The notes under the pieces: model-generated | The model's input: the letters and a program-made list of their open reading frames with translations, nothing else | Told to the model about the DNA's origin: nothing | The model's database searches: none | Assembly (NCBI GenBank): GCA_046761065.1 | Contig: JBHIFL010000086.1 | Coordinates: forward strand, 1 to 15,414 | Origin: Candidatus Heimdallarchaeota archaeon | Lineage (GTDB): Archaea; Asgardarchaeota; Wukongarchaeia; Wukongarchaeales; JBHIFL01 | Reading direction: 5' to 3' | Length of the DNA stretch: 15,414 nt | Part shown: positions 1-8,799 of the stretch, piece after piece | How positions within the stretch are numbered: the stretch's first letter is position 1 | How the letters are laid out: every line of letters starts with the position of its first letter | Position numbers and translations under genes: made by a program

Positions 1-113
1 CCTGATCTGAAAAAAGCAATTGCCCAAGAGATCAAAGTAGCTATAGATGCCGCCGATAATCTGAAACTCGATTCTGGTTGATTATAAATACAGTTTCAAA
101 GACAAGTAGCTAA
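1..113 (+). pseudogene. Possible degraded 3' end of an AAA+/DUF4143-type ATP-binding protein entering from the left edge
   Basis: Frame 1 reads PDLKKAIAQEIKVAIDAADNLKLDSG* (stop 79-81) and a shifted frame continues LIINT. This resembles the 'RE..AL..A...L....GLIIT' C-terminus I recall for this family. Short and recognised by eye only. Confidence 0.3.
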
Positions 114-280
114 TATCGTCGTTATATGGTAAAAAATTTTCAACTCTCTCTATTTTATTAATGGAAAGAATTACAATCAGATATTATGTATCAATATTAG
201 AGCTTGAAGCGGCAATACAAAATCAGGATAATTATGGATTACCTTTAAATTCTGATTCGCAATTAATTTAAAGTGGTAAA

Positions 281-586
281 ATGATGTTGACAAAACAGGA
301 GATCCTCAAAAAACTTGAAGAAAACGGAAAGCATCTTAAAGAATATCATGTGAACCTACTAGGTCTATTTGGCTCCTATATTAAGGATGAACAACAAAGT
401 ACGAGTGACATAGATATACTAGTAGAATTTGAAGACGGAATGAAAACTTTTGACCGTTATATGGACCTAAAATTTTTTCTTGAAGAATTACTTGAATGCA
501 AAGTTGATTTGGTCCTTTTTAATGCTTTATTACCTAAAATCAAACCATTTATGTTAAGAGAAGTCGAATATGTCAAGGGACTATGA
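281..586 (+). CDS. Minimal nucleotidyltransferase (MNT) antitoxin of a HEPN-MNT module
   Basis: 101 aa with the LFGSY...SDIDILVEF nucleotidyltransferase signature and a C-terminal KVDLV motif. It overlaps the start of a DUF86/HEPN reading frame. Confidence 0.92.
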   Translation: MMLTKQEILKKLEENGKHLKEYHVNLLGLFGSYIKDEQQSTSDIDILVEFEDGMKTFDRYMDLKFFLEELLECKVDLVLFNALLPKIKPFMLREVEYVKGL

Positions 587-923
587 GGGTTATCTTGATG
601 ATATAGTAATTGCTATTGTTATGATCGAAAAATACGTGACGAATTTGAATTTTGAAGAGTGTTAAAGAAACGAAATGGTAGTGGGTGCAGTAATTAGAAA
701 CTGAGAGATTATTGGTGAGGCTGTAAAAGGAATACCAAAAAATTTGAGAGAAAAGCACAAAGTGATCGAGTGGAAGAAGATAGCAGGCTTAAGAGACATA
801 CTTATCCACACATATTTTGCCGTTGATTTGGACATTCTCTGGAATATTATCAAAAATAAACTCCCGCCATTAAAGCAAAAAGTTTCTCAAATTTTAAAGA
901 ATAATAGGAAACTAAGATTCTGA
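570..923 (+). pseudogene. HEPN/DUF86 toxin (HepT-like RNase) disrupted by two in-frame stops
   Basis: From ATG 570, one frame reads [100 protein letters not shown]... to TGA 921-923. Stops are TAA 663-665 and TGA 702-704. The AVIRNxEIIGEA and W..IAG.RD.L.H (R-X4-H) DUF86 motifs are present. Confidence 0.9.
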
Positions 924-1186
924 AGAATTCCATGAAACAGGAGGAACTGGAACAGAAGGTACTCCATTTTTGACTTAAATTATACACCTGACTAAATTTC
1001 AGCGAATCCCAACTGTGAAAGGAGGAGCTTATAAGGGAAGGGTCTTTTAGTTATCGATCAGGAAAGTCACACCAAAAGGCTATATCCACGATTGAAGCCC
1101 GGAAGTTAAAAATTCCTTGGTCTTTAATATTAATCCCTAAATAGTGAGCAAGGAGCAGCTCTCCGGTTGATGCTTTCGCGGATTGG

Positions 1187-4135
1187 TTGGTGAGCACAAT
1201 CTTGGCAGATCTTCCCCCAAACCCACATGCTATGGATCTCGACACAATTATTACCACCCTCGATACAGATCCAAAGAATGGGTTGACTCAACAGGAAGCT
1301 GAACAGCGACTCCGCGATTATGGAGAAAATATGATTCCAGAAGTGAAGGGAAACTTCTGGCAGATCTATTTAGCGCCCCTCTTCAATTATTTGATCACTG
1401 TATATCTTATCATGTCTTTTGTGCTACTTATTCTGGCATTTCAAGAACCATCTATCTGGCCCCAAGTCGCACTTTGGCTTTCAATCGTCATCGCAAATTT
1501 TATAATCGCGATTATTCAACAACGCCGGGCACAAAAGAAATTCGAAGCTTTGAAGCGGTTAACTGAGCCGACTTCCGTTATTATTCGGGATGGCGTCTCT
1601 AGAGAAGCTCCTGCAGAGCAACTGGTCCCTGGAGATGTTATTGAACTAGATCCCGGGGATTGGATCCCTGCCGATGCAAGAATCCTCACGTGTGGCGGTT
1701 TCACCGTCGATGAAGCTTCGCTGACCGGAGAAAGCGTTCCAGTTGGAAAGACCACCACTCCTCAGTTGGATTCCGACACTCCTCTTTCAGACCGAACAAA
1801 TATGGTTTACCGAGGAACCTTTGTCCAGACTGGGACAGCTAAGACCCTTGTAATCCGAACGGGTAGTCAAACTGAACTTGGGCAACTTTCCACCGAGCTA
1901 GCCCAACTTCAAACCGGTGAGATCCCCCTGACTAAAAAAGTGAATGTGCTAGGAAAATGGCTGACATTTGCGATAGTAATCTTTCTAGCGGTTCAGCTTA
2001 TAGTCAAAGGATGGCTCCTCTCTCAAGGAGGGTTTAAATTATTCGAAAGAAGCTTTATAATCCGAGAAATTGCTAATAGCATTGTTGCTAGCATGTCTGT
2101 GATGCCGATAAACATTCCTTTACTCACTACCATCACTTTGCTTACAGGAGTCTTAGCTATGGCAACTCACAAGGTGTTGATCCGCGATCTCTCGGCAATA
2201 GAAAGCCTTGGTCGCATCTCTGTTCTTTGCGCTGACAAAACAGGCACGATCACTCGGAACCAGATGACTGTGAAGCGGGTTTGGGATGGAAATCAATTAT
2301 ATTCAGTAACAGGTTTGGGGTATGGCCCCTCTGGTATCATTTACCCAGTTGAATCGCAAGCAACTGCAAAAACACCTGAGAAACATGTCCCTGCAATGTT
2401 AGGACCCCCTCTCCCTGGATCTTCTCTTGAACGTCTCCTCATTGCGGGTTTTTTAAACAATGATGCTGAACTGGTAGTTGAGGAGTTCTTCGAGCCAACT
2501 GGTGAAATTACTTGGCGTGCGATCGGTGATCCCACCGAAGCGGCATTACTGGCGTTATTTAATAAATCTGGCTTAGATAAAGCCGTAGTTGAAGCCGAAT
2601 ACCAATTAGCTCAAGAATATGCGTTCGATTCGGAACTTAAACGGATGACTAAAGTCTTCAGGTGTCAGGGTAATCCCAGATTGATAGCCTATAGTAAAGG
2701 AGCTACAGAAGTTATCCTCGAGCGTTGCACTACTGTGATGGGACAAAGCAACAAGCAGATACAAAAGTTATCACCTGAGAAAAAAGCGGAAATTCAGACA
2801 TTCGCTGATGAATTCGCTGCTTTAGGCTTTAGAATTCTTTCTTTGGCATATAAGTCACTGCCAGATACACCCATGCCAGACGAGAAGCAACGGTCTACTA
2901 TTGAGAAGGATATGACCTACTTAGGGTTTGTTTGTCTGGTCGATCCCCCGCGTAGTGGGATCCGCGAATCCGTACGCGAGTGTGCAAGTGCTGGGATTGA
3001 TACGATCATGATTACAGGTGATCATGCTCTTACAGCTGAAACAATTGCACGGGAAGTCAATATCCTTAAGGAAGGACAATCTGTCCATGAAGGGGTCGAA
3101 GTCGCCTCTTTAGACAAAGAAGAGTTTATCAAGACAGCAGTATATGCTCGAGTTATACCTCAGCATAAGCAGACAATTGTTGAGCGCTATCAGGACATGG
3201 ATCGCGTTGTTGCGATGACCGGCGATGGAGTTAATGATGCTTTGGCCGTTTCCATGGCGGATGCCGGAATTGCGATGGGGATAACGGGAACTGATGTAAC
3301 TAAGGAAGCTGCCGATCTCATTATTACTGATGATAGCTTCAATTCAATTGTGACAGGGATTCGTGAAGGCCGCAGTCTCTTCCTAAAAATCCGGATGATG
3401 ATTTGGTTCTATCTGTGCGTTAATTTGGCTGAATTTTTAGTATATTTTGGGGCATCACTTATCCCCAATTTTGTGTTAATTACAAGCTGGCAACGAGTTT
3501 ATATCTTTTCACTAATTCATTCTTTCCCCGCATTTGGCCTTATTTGGGATCGTATAGGGCGTGAAATTATGCAACGGAAACCTCTCGACACCGAGGGAAT
3601 CATGAATCGGAAGTTAGCCAAAGCAATGCTCCTTGGAGCATTTGTCTTAGCCGGTGTCATTTCCCTTGTGTATTACATGACCTTTAATGGGATCATTCCA
3701 CTAAATGCAGACAACACTATTAAGGGAGGCTTTGTTCCACTTGCTTTTCAATTTCGATTTCTACCTTATACTGATCCAATAAGTCCCCTAGGATGGTTCC
3801 AAGCGAAGGCTCGAACCATGTTTCTTACCACTGTGTTTCTTTCGGAGGCTATTTTGGTTCTTAGCATCCGTCGAATGGATAAAAGCTTCTTTGCATCACT
3901 GAAATCTGCTTCTTGGTTCGTATATCTAACGGTCTTCTTCTGGCCAATTATGCATGGAGTCGTGATGTATAAACCACAAACCCAATACTTGTTGATTAAA
4001 TATATTTGGATCAATTTGGAGATTATTCGTCTGTCATATTCTGATTGGATGATTTGCGTGGGAATGAGTCTGATTCCAATCTTAGTGCTTGAGTTGTATA
4101 AATGGCATATAAGAAGGAAAGGAGAAGTCTTCTAA
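1187..4135 (+). CDS. P-type ATPase (P2-like scaffold, non-canonical membrane binding site), paralogue 1
   Basis: LTGES actuator motif, phosphorylation motif DKTGT (Asp codon at 2234), GDPTE, FDSELKRM, KGATE, DPPR, MITGD, MTGDGVNDA hinge and about 10 hydrophobic segments. The true start may be GTG 1190. Confidence 0.96.
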   Translation: MVSTILADLPPNPHAMDLDTIITTLDTDPKNGLTQQEAEQRLRDYGENMIPEVKGNFWQIYLAPLFNYLITVYLIMSFVLLILAFQEPSIWPQVALWLSIVIANFIIAIIQQRRAQKKFEALKRLTEPTSVIIRDGVSREAPAEQLVPGDVIELDPGDWIPADARILTCGGFTVDEASLTGESVPVGKTTTPQLDSDTPLSDRTNMVYRGTFVQTGTAKTLVIRTGSQTELGQLSTELAQLQTGEIPLTKKVNVLGKWLTFAIVIFLAVQLIVKGWLLSQGGFKLFERSFIIREIANSIVASMSVMPINIPLLTTITLLTGVLAMATHKVLIRDLSAIESLGRISVLCADKTGTITRNQMTVKRVWDGNQLYSVTGLGYGPSGIIYPVESQATAKTPEKHVPAMLGPPLPGSSLERLLIAGFLNNDAELVVEEFFEPTGEITWRAIGDPTEAALLALFNKSGLDKAVVEAEYQLAQEYAFDSELKRMTKVFRCQGNPRLIAYSKGATEVILERCTTVMGQSNKQIQKLSPEKKAEIQTFADEFAALGFRILSLAYKSLPDTPMPDEKQRSTIEKDMTYLGFVCLVDPPRSGIRESVRECASAGIDTIMITGDHALTAETIAREVNILKEGQSVHEGVEVASLDKEEFIKTAVYARVIPQHKQTIVERYQDMDRVVAMTGDGVNDALAVSMADAGIAMGITGTDVTKEAADLIITDDSFNSIVTGIREGRSLFLKIRMMIWFYLCVNLAEFLVYFGASLIPNFVLITSWQRVYIFSLIHSFPAFGLIWDRIGREIMQRKPLDTEGIMNRKLAKAMLLGAFVLAGVISLVYYMTFNGIIPLNADNTIKGGFVPLAFQFRFLPYTDPISPLGWFQAKARTMFLTTVFLSEAILVLSIRRMDKSFFASLKSASWFVYLTVFFWPIMHGVVMYKPQTQYLLIKYIWINLEIIRLSYSDWMICVGMSLIPILVLELYKWHIRRKGEVF

Positions 4136-4140
4136 TTCGC

Positions 4141-4190
4141 TTCAAAACCGTTCGTACTCGCTTTTCCATTATTTTCTATTTTTAAAAATT
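4141..4190 (+). terminator. T-rich tract after ATPase 1, possible archaeal-type terminator
   Basis: cttttccattattttctattttt lies just after the stop codon. No strong hairpin. Confidence 0.3.
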
Positions 4191-4440
4191 AAAATTACAA
4201 TGAATCGACTAAATCGTCTTAAATTGGTTCCCCTTCTTTAACTCCATTGAATTGTATTAAGATCATTTCTTCTGCTTGGGAGTTTATGAATGCTTGAACT
4301 CCCTGTTTTGAATTTCTAAAGTGTTTTATTGTATAATAGCCTTTTACCTCTAAATGATAAGATATCCATATAAGATATTGAAACATACGATTTCCACCGA
4401 ATCATTTATCATTAAATTAAAAGCAATTGAATCGGAATAT

Positions 4441-4455
4441 AATATTGTCAATATT
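4441..4455. promoter_or_regulatory. Perfect 7-1-7 palindrome AATATTG-T-CAATATT, candidate operator upstream of ATPase 2
   Basis: Inverted repeat about 120 nt before the 4574 start. The context is AT-rich, so chance is not excluded. Confidence 0.3.
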
Positions 4456-4573
4456 CATTGGGTGCTAAACTACTGCGACTCAAGATAGGGTAACCCGTAG
4501 GCACGTGTTCGAGCGTCAATCTGTCGTTAAACGGAATTGAGCAAGTAAATAATTAGCCGATAACATAATTTGG

Positions 4574-7495
4574 GTGAACAAAATCTGGCAAGAACTCAAT
4601 GGATATGATATGGGAGTAGAGGAGTTAGTTAAAACGCTCGAAACGGATCCGAAGAATGGATTGAGCCAAGCCGAAGCTATGCGACGTCTTCGTGATTACG
4701 GCCCGAATAAAATCCCTGAAGTACGGGGGAGCTTCTGGCAAGTTTATCTGGCTCCATTGTTCAATGTCTTGATCACGACTTATCTAATTATGTCGTTAAT
4801 TTTAGTCTTTTTGGCTATTCAAGATCCTACTGGAGGAATCTGGCCGCAAGCAATCATGTGGCTGGCAATAGTTATCGCAAATTTTCTAATTGCTATCGTT
4901 CAACAAAGAAGGGCACAAAAGAAATTCGAAGCGTTAAGGCGATTAACGCAACCTACAACGCGAGTCATTCGAGAAGGCCAAACACTTGAGCTACCCGCTG
5001 AGCAATTAGTTCCTGGTGACATTATTGAGTTGGAGCAAGGGAATCGAATCCCTGCCGATGCAAGAATCCTCACATTTCACGAATGTATCGTCAATGAGGC
5101 CTCTCTAACTGGAGAATCAGTCCCAATTTTAAAAAATAATTCTCCCGCATTAGATCCAAGCACTCCTCTGAGCGAACGAATGAACATGATCCATCGAGGG
5201 ACATTTATCCAAATTGGATTTATGAAAGCACTTGTTGTTCGAACAGGACCCCATACAGAATTAGGGCAAATCTCATCTGAGCTTGGTCAACTTAGCACAG
5301 GTGATATACCTCTTCAGAATAAAGTCAATGCTCTAGGTAAATGGCTAGTAATGGCAGTAGTAATCTTTCTAGCCGTCCAACTCATCGTGAAAGGATTGTT
5401 GTTTTCACAAAATGATTTTTTATTATTAGAAAAAAGTTTCGTAATCCAAGAAATCTTCACCAGCATTGTTGCGGCCATGTCGGTCATGCCAATAAATATC
5501 CCACTTTTATGCACCATCACTCTGCTCACCGGTGCCTTAGCGATGGCCACTCATCGAGTAGTCATCCGAAATCTTTCAGCCATTGAAAGCCTTGGCCGGA
5601 TAAGTGTTCTTTGTTCCGATAAGACCGGAACAATAACCTGGAGTCAAATGACCGTCAAACGGATCTATGACGCTGGTACGGGCCGATTACATGCGGTGAC
5701 AGGACTGGGTTATGGACCATCCGGGATCATTTTCCCAGTAGCAAGGAAAGTAACAGAGAAAGTCCCTGAAGAACATGTTCCTGAGATTTTGACACCTCCA
5801 TTCCCAGGATCATCTTTCGAATTACTGCTCATTTGCGGGTTCTTGAATAATGACGCGAGACTAATGGTCGATGAGGTTTTTGAGGCCGAAGGCGCAACGT
5901 CTTGGCGTGCGATCGGCGATCCCACCGAAGCGGCGCTACTGGCATTGTTTAATAAGTCCAGGCTCAACAAGATTGACATCCGACGAAAGTATGTAGTAGT
6001 TCGAGAATATCCCTTTGATTCACAATTGAAGCGGATGAGCAAGGTATTTATCATCAAAGATAGAGATCCGGAAACTCCAGGATTGATTACATTTAGTAAA
6101 GGAGCCACAGAAGTTATCCTTGAACGATGTACTATGGTAGGAGGCTTGAAAAACAAAAGAGAATTAACCTCGAAAGGAAAAACCGAAATTCAAGCTATTG
6201 CGGATGGATTTGCTAAACTAGGGTTTCGAATTCTTTCTCTAGCATACAAACCAATGACTGAACTGCCCCCTCAAGAAGCAGATGAACGGGAATGGATCGA
6301 GGAGGGGATGACCTATCTGGGGTTTGTATGCCTTTTAGACCCCCCTCGCGGAGGAATCCAAGAGTCCGTGCATGAGTGTGCAAGTGCGGGAATTGAGGCG
6401 ATTATGATCACTGGTGACTCGCCGATTACAGCTGGGACCATTGCAAAAGAAGTTGACATTCTAAAGGAAGGACAAGCTGTTCATGAGGGAGAGGAGGTCG
6501 CTGATTTAGACAATGAAGAGTTTAATAATACAAAAGTATTTGCACGGGTCTCCCCCCAACATAAACAAATCATTGTGGAAAGGTATCAACGTGTAAATCG
6601 AGTTGTAGCTATGACTGGAGACGGAGTAAATGATGCTTTGGCCGTTTCTATGGCGGACGCCGGGATTGCGATGGGGATAACGGGAACCGACGTAACTAAG
6701 CAGGCTGCCGATCTCATTATTACCGATGATAGTTTCAATTCAATTGTAAAGGGAATTCGTGAAGGACGGGGGCTTTTCGTCAAAATTAGGATGATGATTT
6801 GGTTCTATTTATGCATTAACTTAGCCGAAGCGCTTGTCTACTTTGGAGCGTCGCTAATTCCTAATTTTATCCTATTAGAAACTTGGCAACGTGTTTATAT
6901 TTTCAGTTTAATTCACTCTTTCCCCGCATTCGCGTTGATATTTGATTATATGGGACGGGAGATCATGGAAAGGAAACCGCTCGACACCGAAGGGATCTTA
7001 AACCGGAAGTTAACCAAAGCACTACTTTTCACAGCGTTCACTTTGGCCGGTGTTATTTCTCTCGTTTATTTTATAGCCTATAGAGGTATTATTCCGATTA
7101 CCCCATACAAGGAAGGAAGTTTCCTACCTTTGGAACTATGGACCAAACAAGATTGGGCCCAAGCAAAAGCGCGAACCATGTTTCTCACCATAGTATTTAT
7201 TTCTGAAGCCACCGTGGTTTTAAGTATCCGCCGGATGGATCAGAGTATCTTCACCTCCCTGAAATCTGTTACGTGGTTTGGTTATTTGATGGTCTTTTTT
7301 GTTCCTATCTTACATAGTATCGCCATGTACTACCCCACACTCCAATATTTCATGATTGATCTTATTGGTTTCAATGTGGAAATTCTTCGGCTAACATTGG
7401 TTGATTGGGTAATTTGCTTGGGCGGGGCGTTCACTCCGATCATGATTCTTGAACTGTACAAAAGGCATATCCGGCGTAAAGGAGAATTTTTCTAA
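4574..7495 (+). CDS. P-type ATPase (P2-like scaffold, non-canonical membrane binding site), paralogue 2
   Basis: Same motif set as paralogue 1 (LTGES, DKTGT at 5618, GDPTE, KGATE, DPPR, TGD, TGDGVNDA) and collinear with it end to end, both ending HIRRKGE(V/F)F. Confidence 0.96.
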   Translation: MNKIWQELNGYDMGVEELVKTLETDPKNGLSQAEAMRRLRDYGPNKIPEVRGSFWQVYLAPLFNVLITTYLIMSLILVFLAIQDPTGGIWPQAIMWLAIVIANFLIAIVQQRRAQKKFEALRRLTQPTTRVIREGQTLELPAEQLVPGDIIELEQGNRIPADARILTFHECIVNEASLTGESVPILKNNSPALDPSTPLSERMNMIHRGTFIQIGFMKALVVRTGPHTELGQISSELGQLSTGDIPLQNKVNALGKWLVMAVVIFLAVQLIVKGLLFSQNDFLLLEKSFVIQEIFTSIVAAMSVMPINIPLLCTITLLTGALAMATHRVVIRNLSAIESLGRISVLCSDKTGTITWSQMTVKRIYDAGTGRLHAVTGLGYGPSGIIFPVARKVTEKVPEEHVPEILTPPFPGSSFELLLICGFLNNDARLMVDEVFEAEGATSWRAIGDPTEAALLALFNKSRLNKIDIRRKYVVVREYPFDSQLKRMSKVFIIKDRDPETPGLITFSKGATEVILERCTMVGGLKNKRELTSKGKTEIQAIADGFAKLGFRILSLAYKPMTELPPQEADEREWIEEGMTYLGFVCLLDPPRGGIQESVHECASAGIEAIMITGDSPITAGTIAKEVDILKEGQAVHEGEEVADLDNEEFNNTKVFARVSPQHKQIIVERYQRVNRVVAMTGDGVNDALAVSMADAGIAMGITGTDVTKQAADLIITDDSFNSIVKGIREGRGLFVKIRMMIWFYLCINLAEALVYFGASLIPNFILLETWQRVYIFSLIHSFPAFALIFDYMGREIMERKPLDTEGILNRKLTKALLFTAFTLAGVISLVYFIAYRGIIPITPYKEGSFLPLELWTKQDWAQAKARTMFLTIVFISEATVVLSIRRMDQSIFTSLKSVTWFGYLMVFFVPILHSIAMYYPTLQYFMIDLIGFNVEILRLTLVDWVICLGGAFTPIMILELYKRHIRRKGEFF

Positions 7496-7556
7496 GGGAT
7501 GAAAAGAAAGGGATAAGGTAGAAGAATAAACTATTGAATGAAACGGCGGACAGAGG

Positions 7557-8645
7557 TTAATTTTTCTCATGCGTGAAAGCGTACGCAATATTGGCTCCCG
7601 TCTGAACCGCCTGTAGACTACCTGAGGTGCCGAGAGACTGTCCACAGGGGTAAGCCCAAGTGTAACCCTCCACAGGCATCTTTATCGTTTCGATGACATC
7701 GCCATATAGATCGTAGATCTCTGCAAGAACCTCACCTTGCTTTATTAGTTCACCAGGTTTTTTGAAATAGCGTATTAGGCCTCCTCGATTACTATGGAGG
7801 ATTCCATAAAACTTGTTAATACCGGGTACAATGGGGATCTCCTTTAAAGGCTCAGGTTTTCCATCGATCATATTGAAGGCCTTCATGATGTTGAGCACAC
7901 CTCTGATGCCAACGCTAGTAGAGGGGTCGGAGATCCAATGGCCATCGATTAGCTCTTCAAGGATGACGGGGATCCCTTTTCTCGCAGCTAGATTCGTGAG
8001 GGTAGGAGGAGCGTTCTCCTCTATTGGGTTATTATCAACAATAGTAGTGACCCCAAAAGCCTTAGCCATCTTGATCAACATTTCTTGTGTCTGAGGGTTT
8101 CCGACATTGATCCATTGGTAAATGAGTGAGTCAGGCCTTGTGTTACAGTGGATATTAACAATCATATCCGCTTTGCTCCACGCTTCAGTCCACAGGAGAT
8201 AGGTAAGCCGCTCAGTTGTGTTCCCCCTAGGGTTATCTGCCCTTTCACGACCGACATCTAAGTTATCAATCCAAGAAAGGTACTGATGGTGCATGAAGGC
8301 TAGTGGATTTCCTACAGGGATTCCAATGACAGCACCCCTAAGGCTTCTCGGGTTCAGTTGCTTTCGCATGACCCTCTGGATGACCTCAATCCCTTGGATT
8401 TCTGTCCCATGCTGGGTTGACATGAGAAGGAGCGTCGGGCCTTCCATGTCCCCGTTTATTACGAGGGTATGGATGTCTATACACATGGTATTGACAAGTT
8501 CAATACCTTTAATAACTCCTTTCTTCAATTCTCCTCTCCTTGCGACGATATTTCCTATTTCAAGCATATCAGGCATGTAAATTACCTTCATTCCGTTTGA
8601 TATTCTTTGTATCCCATCGAATATCAAGAAGATCATTTGGATCAA
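7557..8645 (-). CDS. Succinylglutamate desuccinylase/aspartoacylase-family (peptidase M14-like) zinc hydrolase
   Basis: GPTLLLMSTQHGTEIQG (HxxE zinc ligands), G.VIGIPVGNPLAF, IVNIHC (third ligand), P.ILEEL, and a C-terminal hybrid barrel (GGLIRYFKKPGELIKQGEVLAEIYDLYG). The real start is probably downstream (ATG 8591, 8576 or 8567). Confidence 0.88.
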   Translation of the reverse strand: MIQMIFLIFDGIQRISNGMKVIYMPDMLEIGNIVARRGELKKGVIKGIELVNTMCIDIHTLVINGDMEGPTLLLMSTQHGTEIQGIEVIQRVMRKQLNPRSLRGAVIGIPVGNPLAFMHHQYLSWIDNLDVGRERADNPRGNTTERLTYLLWTEAWSKADMIVNIHCNTRPDSLIYQWINVGNPQTQEMLIKMAKAFGVTTIVDNNPIEENAPPTLTNLAARKGIPVILEELIDGHWISDPSTSVGIRGVLNIMKAFNMIDGKPEPLKEIPIVPGINKFYGILHSNRGGLIRYFKKPGELIKQGEVLAEIYDLYGDVIETIKMPVEGYTWAYPCGQSLGTSGSLQAVQTGANIAYAFTHEKN

Positions 8646-8799
8646 ATCGAATTAATGGTTTTGGTAAGAAAGTATTTAATAGGGGGATGATTTCCAAGGG
8701 TGAAAGAGATTTTAATTCAAGAAATATCCAAAAGGACGCTATGCTTCTTTTAGAAAAGAATAAGAGAAAACATCTTCCTAACCATAGAGGTGGAGTTCT

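Noticed and set aside
1146-1197. yybP-ykoY-like riboswitch upstream of ATPase 1 (GGAGCAGC ... GTTGGTGAGCAC)
   Set aside because: Too short, lacks the CGUCA loop element, and overlaps the start codon. Only small hairpins are present.
1516-6783. Antisense ORFs inside the ATPase genes (1516-1758, 2341-2535, 3766-4014, 5314-5550, 5710-6156, 6586-6783)
   Set aside because: These are shadow frames of the sense genes. Their mutual similarity just mirrors the paralogy.
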